The position numbers and the translations under genes are program-made. Shown here piece by piece: positions 39,219 through 44,097 of a stretch of 44,097 nucleotides of DNA. This DNA comes from Thainema sp. (GTDB lineage Bacteria > Cyanobacteriota > Cyanobacteriia > Phormidesmidales > Phormidesmidaceae). The stretch lies in NCBI GenBank assembly GCA_052168235.1, contig JBQLZK010000062.1:1-44097 (forward strand), in the 5' to 3' direction. How positions within the stretch are numbered: the first letter of the stretch is position 1; every line of letters starts with the position of its first letter. The notes beneath the pieces were generated by a model. That model was not told the origin of the DNA and did not search any database. It saw only the letters and a list, made by a program, of their open reading frames with translations.

Positions 39219-39563
39219 ATGCTCATTAAAGCCCACGTCAAATCCATGCACCATCAGCCTGCACCCGTAGGTCATCGTCTGTACGCTGTATTCGAAACAG
39301 CAGAACAGGATGTTTTAGGTATTTGGACGAGCATCAAATCTCAGGACGTGCTTCAGGTTGGCGATCAGGTACTGCTGGAACGGAACCGCTCTGGACACTT
39401 GCGCTTAGCATTAAGACCCTTACCCTATGCAGCGCAGCTAAGTATTTTTGGTTTTCTTAACCGCACTCTGTTGCGATCGCAACAGGCGGCTTCCTACGTT
39501 GATCCAGCCGACCCAGTATCCATGCAATCTCAACCCTCTGGTTGGCGACGAGATATTCGATGA
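39219..39563 (+). CDS. Hypothetical protein (possible small OB-like beta barrel)
   Basis: 114-aa ATG ORF, first of three co-directional genes. Contains a LQVGDQVLL motif. Confidence 0.65.
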   Translation: MLIKAHVKSMHHQPAPVGHRLYAVFETAEQDVLGIWTSIKSQDVLQVGDQVLLERNRSGHLRLALRPLPYAAQLSIFGFLNRTLLRSQQAASYVDPADPVSMQSQPSGWRRDIR

Positions 39564-39619
39564 CGTTACCAGCGTTATGAATCTGACGGTACTGAAGAAT
39601 TTAGATTGTTAGAGCCCCT

Positions 39620-39871
39620 ATGGATTTTATAGATACTAATTTTCAAATCAGCAGCGTTTCTCAAATTGAGTGGATCGAACGCTGGAATATTTATAACCGA
39701 TTGCAGGAGCTAGCCATTCCCTGCACCTGTAGCATTGGACAACCCCTGTGCATACAGGTTGAAACAGCAGGAGCAGCCGTTCAGTTGTGGAGCGTTGTGC
39801 AGCAGTTTGTAGCTCCTCGCTTAGACAAGATTGATTATTTAGAGCGATGTTGGCAACAGTACAGACCGTAA
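39620..39871 (+). CDS. Asr1405/Asl0597 family protein
   Basis: RW.IY.RLQEL.IPC.C, A.VQLWSV and YLERCW pattern. Confidence 0.82.
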   Translation: MDFIDTNFQISSVSQIEWIERWNIYNRLQELAIPCTCSIGQPLCIQVETAGAAVQLWSVVQQFVAPRLDKIDYLERCWQQYRP

Positions 39872-39977
39872 AGCATAGGCCGCATGAGCATTCGTGCAAC
39901 ACGCGTTCATAACCATACAAACTTTTACAAACAGTACCTATTTACACTTATCTACCCAGTAACAGCAACTAATCGTG

Positions 39978-40589
39978 ATGCCTACAACAGCAAACCCCCA
40001 AGCCGCATATGCACCGCAAGGACAGGTCTTAAAAGGACAATATGTCAAAGCCTTCCGCTCTAGCAAAGGCAAAATCAAGGGCTTATGGCTACAGAATGGA
40101 GAGCAAAAATGCACCGTTCAATTGCCCAAGTACTTACGACCGATGCTGGTGCGCGAACTAGAACCGGGTGCATATATCCAAGTTTGGGCCTATCCAGATG
40201 AGGGTAACTGGCGCGGGATTCATATCCTACCCCTCACTCCACAGGAAATTGAAGCGCTGCCGATAGAGGATATCAGCCTGCCCAACTACACCGCTTCTGC
40301 TCCGCCTACCTGCCAACGCATCAAGGTTTGCGGCAAAGGAAGCTGTTGCAAGCGAGGCGGCGGCGAGATTTTTCAGGCACTCCGGCAAGAAGTTGCAGCG
40401 AATCCCAACTTGCAAAACATCGAGATTGAATCAACAGGATGCTTAAAGGCTTGTAAGCGTGGCCCTAACATAAAACTGCCGTCGGGCGAAATCGTCAGTT
40501 TTGCTCGCCCCGAAATGGCCAAGCCGCTGCTGGAAAATCTAGCTAATTCAACACCTTATCCTAAAAAATCCTTGCGAAAGGCAGACTAA
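39978..40589 (+). CDS. OB-fold + thioredoxin-like [2Fe-2S] ferredoxin domain protein
   Basis: C-terminal VCGKGSCCKRGG...TGCLKACKRGPN. N-terminal beta-rich region (LKGQY...KIKGLWL...LPKYLR). Confidence 0.85.
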   Translation: MPTTANPQAAYAPQGQVLKGQYVKAFRSSKGKIKGLWLQNGEQKCTVQLPKYLRPMLVRELEPGAYIQVWAYPDEGNWRGIHILPLTPQEIEALPIEDISLPNYTASAPPTCQRIKVCGKGSCCKRGGGEIFQALRQEVAANPNLQNIEIESTGCLKACKRGPNIKLPSGEIVSFARPEMAKPLLENLANSTPYPKKSLRKAD

Positions 40590-40609
40590 TCTACCTGTTC
40601 GCAAGGATT
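40567..40609. terminator. Hairpin between convergent ferredoxin and dps genes
   Basis: AATCCTTGCGAA...TTCGCAAGGATT. Confidence 0.55.
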
Positions 40610-40659
40610 GGCAAAAGCTAGGTTAATTGGGATGCATTTTATTCAGGCTGATGCAGCGA

Positions 40660-41196
40660 TTACCAGCCTAGTTTGAGACTATCCTGAGTCAGGAAATGAT
40701 CTAGATGATAAGCTCGTTCTTCCGTTTTCAGCAAAATCTTTTCATACAGATAGCGAGTTGCGCGATCGCCCAAACTTTCAGCCTGAGACGCTTGCCGCCG
40801 CAATAGCTCAATGATGGACTGCTCAGCCTTGAGATCATGCTCAATTATTAAGCGGCAGCGGAAAACATCATCGGATTCCTGCTCAAAACAGCACAGCTCG
40901 GCAAGTTTGCTGAACGTGCTAGCTGGAACGCCCCCTAAACCATGTAATCGTTCACCCACATCATGGGCGTGCTCCTGTACCTCTTCATAACTTTCTGAGA
41001 AGTAGTTGTGGAGCATGTAGTATTCAGAACCCTCAACTACAAAATGATGCTTTTGATACTGCAAGTACAGACCTAAAAAACTGGCATATGCAATTCCTAG
41101 TCCCTCACAGATGGGTTCTGTAATATTCTTTTCTAACAGAATAGGGTTGTCAGCAATTTCGTTAAAGGACTGTAATAGAGTCTCAGTAATCGGCAT
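40660..41196 (-). CDS. dpsA: Dps family protein (cyanobacterial DpsA type)
   Basis: [37 protein letters not shown] and TEERAYHL motifs. Confidence 0.92.
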   Translation of the reverse strand: MPITETLLQSFNEIADNPILLEKNITEPICEGLGIAYASFLGLYLQYQKHHFVVEGSEYYMLHNYFSESYEEVQEHAHDVGERLHGLGGVPASTFSKLAELCCFEQESDDVFRCRLIIEHDLKAEQSIIELLRRQASQAESLGDRATRYLYEKILLKTEERAYHLDHFLTQDSLKLGW

Positions 41197-41611
41197 ATGT
41201 TCTTTCCTCGACTAACAGCAAACAGGAGTAGTAGGTCATGCCCAAACAATCTTTTTGAGCTTAGCGTTAATTTCAAAAATTAGCTGTCAATCTTTTCTTA
41301 AAAACAGAACTCAACGTCAGTAACTCAGTAGCTAGTCAGCCCTAATTGAGAATTGGTTTCGATTTTCGAATTTTTGGAATTTTTTAGAATCATCTTAGCA
41401 AACGGACATCTTGTATGAGTTTAGTTGAAAATTTCTTTCATTAGCTTTCATCCTGAATTTTGGGAAGACGCATGAATTTATATTTGCTAAGGCAATTAAC
41501 TTTGAAAAACTCTATTCTATATTTCGCAATATTCACAGCATTAACTCAAGTTTAGCAATGCAAATATGAAAACTCGATCGAAATAAACTTCATTACTTTA
41601 AAACTTAGTTG

Positions 41612-42085
41612 ATGATGCAAAATCAAAGCGCTGTCTCAATGATGTCAAATTTCCCAGAAGACGAAAAATTGTTTAGATCCCTACTGAATCAAGAGGGATT
41701 CCGATTTACGATTCAGCGCCAGCGGATTTTAGACCTCTTCAAAACTTGTGATGAAGGGCAGCATTTAAGTGCGGAAGAAATCCATCAGTATTTGTCTACT
41801 CAGGGAGCAAGTGTAAGCCTCTCAACCATCTATCGAGCGCTGCACGTCATGGTTGACTTGAATTTGCTGCGAGAACTAGAGCTAGCTGAAGGCAAAAAGT
41901 ACTACGAACTTAGCGTCTCTCATTCCAGTAATCACCACCATCTTGTTTGTGTTGAGTGTGGTGCTGTCGTTGAGTTTGAAGAAGATTTAATGGCTCAAAT
42001 TGGCTCTAGCCAAACGGAAACGCGGGGGTATGCGCTATTAGACTGCCAGTTTACAATTTATGGCATTTGTCCTAAGTGCCAGTAA
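41612..42085 (+). CDS. fur: Fur-family regulator (FurA-like paralog)
   Basis: QRQRIL, HLSAEE, SLSTIYR, LRELELAEG.K.YEL, HHHLVCVEC and CPKC motifs. Start could be 41612, 41615, 41639 or 41642. Confidence 0.92.
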   Translation: MMQNQSAVSMMSNFPEDEKLFRSLLNQEGFRFTIQRQRILDLFKTCDEGQHLSAEEIHQYLSTQGASVSLSTIYRALHVMVDLNLLRELELAEGKKYYELSVSHSSNHHHLVCVECGAVVEFEEDLMAQIGSSQTETRGYALLDCQFTIYGICPKCQ

Positions 42086-42096
42086 GCCACTGTGTT

Positions 42097-42145
42097 GATT
42101 TTGGATTTTGGATTGGCGATTTTGGATGGGTGATTTTGAATGGGG
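42097..42145. repeat. STRR-like GATTTTG heptamer tandem
   Basis: GATTTTG-GATTTTG-GATTGGC-GATTTTG-GATGGGT-GATTTTG. Confidence 0.7.
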
Positions 42146-42181
42146 TGGCGTGTACTGTACAGAGCATCATAATAAACCCCA

Positions 42182-43942
42182 CTATATAAGTCCTGCTTGG
42201 GTTAGGAACTTGATGAAATTGCGCTTTCGTTTGTAATTTGTGCTCATTTCAGTCAATAACGTGTCGAATTCGGTTTGGCGATTCAATCTCGCCATGAGGT
42301 CTTTGATCTGCACCAGCAAATCAACAGCTTGAAGGTATGCATCGTTGTTAGTTTGATTAATTAACGGTTCAACCGCAGGCAAGTAAACGGATAACGCATC
42401 TTCAGGATGGTCAGCCGCCCGCCGCTCAGCCAGTCGCATCCAGAGATTGCGATGACAACCACCCGTTAGAGCTGCTTGCCATGCCTGATCGATATTGCCT
42501 TCCCACAGATAAATCTCGACCAACAGTGAGTAATCCCTGTGGCTGTACCCGAATCGTTGTCCGTAGGTGCTTTGCTTCGATTGCCGAGCCTCATCCGTCT
42601 TTTGCTGAACCTGTGCTAGGGCTTGCGATCGCAGTTCCGGCCACTTATTGGCCTTCTCAGCCTGCCGTTTCAGCTTTTGATAAAGAGGCAGCGAAGGACT
42701 AGAGGTGAAATCTCGCCAGACGATGTCCACCGCATCATCGACTCGTCCCTGCTGTTCGTAGGCCGTGACTAAAAAATCGCCCAGTTGACCTGTCAAATAG
42801 TCATTCTTGAAGGCTTCTAGTCCGTCTTCTGCCCATGCGATCGCATCTTCAGTTCGATTGGCATCTTGATACAGTCGGGCGATTTGCAGATAGCGAGAGG
42901 GTTGGGAGAGGTCTTTCGCGATCACAGTGACTAAATCCTCTAGGCTACCAGTGTGGGCAACCAGCGTTTCTTTCATCCGGTTTAGCTGTGAGCGGCGATA
43001 GTTAAAGCTGTGACGCTCCGACTGGCTAATGGGTGGCAGTTTCTCCCATTCTTCATCGACCAGCTCTTGATAGGCCTCGCGCCCCGCTTCACCCAGGATG
43101 TCGGCGTAGGTTTCCAAAGCGTTATAGAAAAAGCCATATCCCGACGCTAGCTCCATGCGAAACAGGCGCTGGGCCAAGGCGCGCGGATTGGGCTTCGCCC
43201 GTTCGCAAGCCCGGTAGTGCAGCTCTTGTACCTGATCCATAATGGTGCCGAGGTAGCCGGAGGAGTCATCAACCGAGTTCAGCGCATCGTCCAATAAATC
43301 CATGGCCTCTTCGCTCAGCTCAATGACTTCACTGGCATAGCCCGCTTCGAATAGTTCCTCTAAACCATCAACTGCCGATTGCACCTGATTGGAGTAATCA
43401 TAGGCGGCATAGTAATCAACGAAGTCGCCAACTGCGATCGCATTTCTCAGCACCCGGCGAAAGGTGTTGATATCCGCTCCTGACCGCTGTTGAAACGCGG
43501 CTTTCATCAGTAACTTTTCTCGCCAGTGGGTGTCTTCCATCGCCTGATCAAGAATCATTTGTACTAACGTTTCTCGATCCTGCTGCGCCAAATAATCATG
43601 CACGTCCTGCATGGTGGTTCCGGTTTTGGCGGGTGCGTCGCCAGCAGGACGATAGGATGGCGGTTCGTCAATCCACGATAGAGCGACCGCAACACATTGT
43701 TTACAGAACCAGCCCTCTACTCCCACTGGACAGGTGCAGCGATGCTTCAATTCTGCATCTTCTAACCAAAGCTGAACCTGATAGGCTTCGGTGCCGTAGA
43801 CATCAGCGGTAATGCGATCGCCATATTGAGCCAGAGAATGAACTGCGCCCCGCTCGAAGTAGTCAACACCTCGCTCATAGGATTGCTGACCTGCCACCTT
43901 GAGCAGCAAATCATCGTCCAGAATGTCGCTGAAGGTCGTCAT
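42182..43942 (-). CDS. SWIM zinc-finger domain protein with helical C-terminal repeats
   Basis: SYERGVDYF..G.V, V.GTEAY.V and CTCP...FCKQCVAV, followed by a long alpha-helical region. ATG 43942 preferred. Confidence 0.85.
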   Translation of the reverse strand: MTTFSDILDDDLLLKVAGQQSYERGVDYFERGAVHSLAQYGDRITADVYGTEAYQVQLWLEDAELKHRCTCPVGVEGWFCKQCVAVALSWIDEPPSYRPAGDAPAKTGTTMQDVHDYLAQQDRETLVQMILDQAMEDTHWREKLLMKAAFQQRSGADINTFRRVLRNAIAVGDFVDYYAAYDYSNQVQSAVDGLEELFEAGYASEVIELSEEAMDLLDDALNSVDDSSGYLGTIMDQVQELHYRACERAKPNPRALAQRLFRMELASGYGFFYNALETYADILGEAGREAYQELVDEEWEKLPPISQSERHSFNYRRSQLNRMKETLVAHTGSLEDLVTVIAKDLSQPSRYLQIARLYQDANRTEDAIAWAEDGLEAFKNDYLTGQLGDFLVTAYEQQGRVDDAVDIVWRDFTSSPSLPLYQKLKRQAEKANKWPELRSQALAQVQQKTDEARQSKQSTYGQRFGYSHRDYSLLVEIYLWEGNIDQAWQAALTGGCHRNLWMRLAERRAADHPEDALSVYLPAVEPLINQTNNDAYLQAVDLLVQIKDLMARLNRQTEFDTLLTEMSTNYKRKRNFIKFLTQAGLI

Positions 43943-44097
43943 GGCTGGATTCCTAACGCACACCTAGTTCCATCTTGCCAGAAAGTTAGGTGGTGGAGTT
44001 GGAGGTGAGATCGCAGCTTCAGGATCAATAGGATCAATCATCGTAATTGCTCAACCCAGTAGCCAATCGGACTGCTGAGAGGTAAGGGCACGAGAAA

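Larger units (their letters stand above)
1..44097. repeat. HIP1 octamer GCGATCGC, dispersed
   Basis: About 60 copies counted by eye (e.g. near 650, 830, 1905, 2207, 22854, 22862, 36934, 43814), against fewer than one expected by chance. Confidence 0.95.

Noticed and set aside
43964..44097. Minus-strand gene end (…GYWVEQLR*, stop at ~44038) and an overlapping 25-aa ORF (MIDPIDPE…)
   Set aside because: Too little sequence at the window edge to support a call.

Overview
A 44-kb stretch of an ordinary cyanobacterial chromosome. Evidence for the taxon: roughly 60 HIP1 octamers GCGATCGC counted by eye, btpA, the grxC-glpX-hemA arrangement, and DUF2949 and Asr1405-type small proteins. It carries about 40 mostly unlinked CDSs and one tRNA-Leu(CAA). 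Housekeeping genes include gloB, grxC, glpX, hemA, nadC, btpA and cobB. Other genes include a LysR-pirin pair, transporters, glycosyltransferases, a Tat multicopper oxidase, GST and a di-haem cytochrome c. No CRISPR array, integrase, transposase or prophage was seen, but the intergenic spaces hold many small palindromic elements (GTAG/REP-like and MITE-like). Most notable: (1) an orphan contractile-injection-system spike module, VgrG plus a DUF4280 PAAR-like tip, with no tube, sheath or baseplate genes nearby, head-to-head with an unknown membrane protein; (2) an in-frame GNAT acetyltransferase/BtuF-like binding-protein fusion one gene from cobB; (3) a five-gene iron module (FurA-like paralog, DpsA, OB-fold/2Fe-2S protein, Asr1405-type protein, unknown) with a repeated Fur-box-like dyad, one copy over a -35 box; (4) a cobB with a palindromic repeat inserted in frame and a stop codon lying inside a REP-like element; (5) a hyper-acidic orphan protein. 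All family calls come from recognising motifs by eye, not from database searches.
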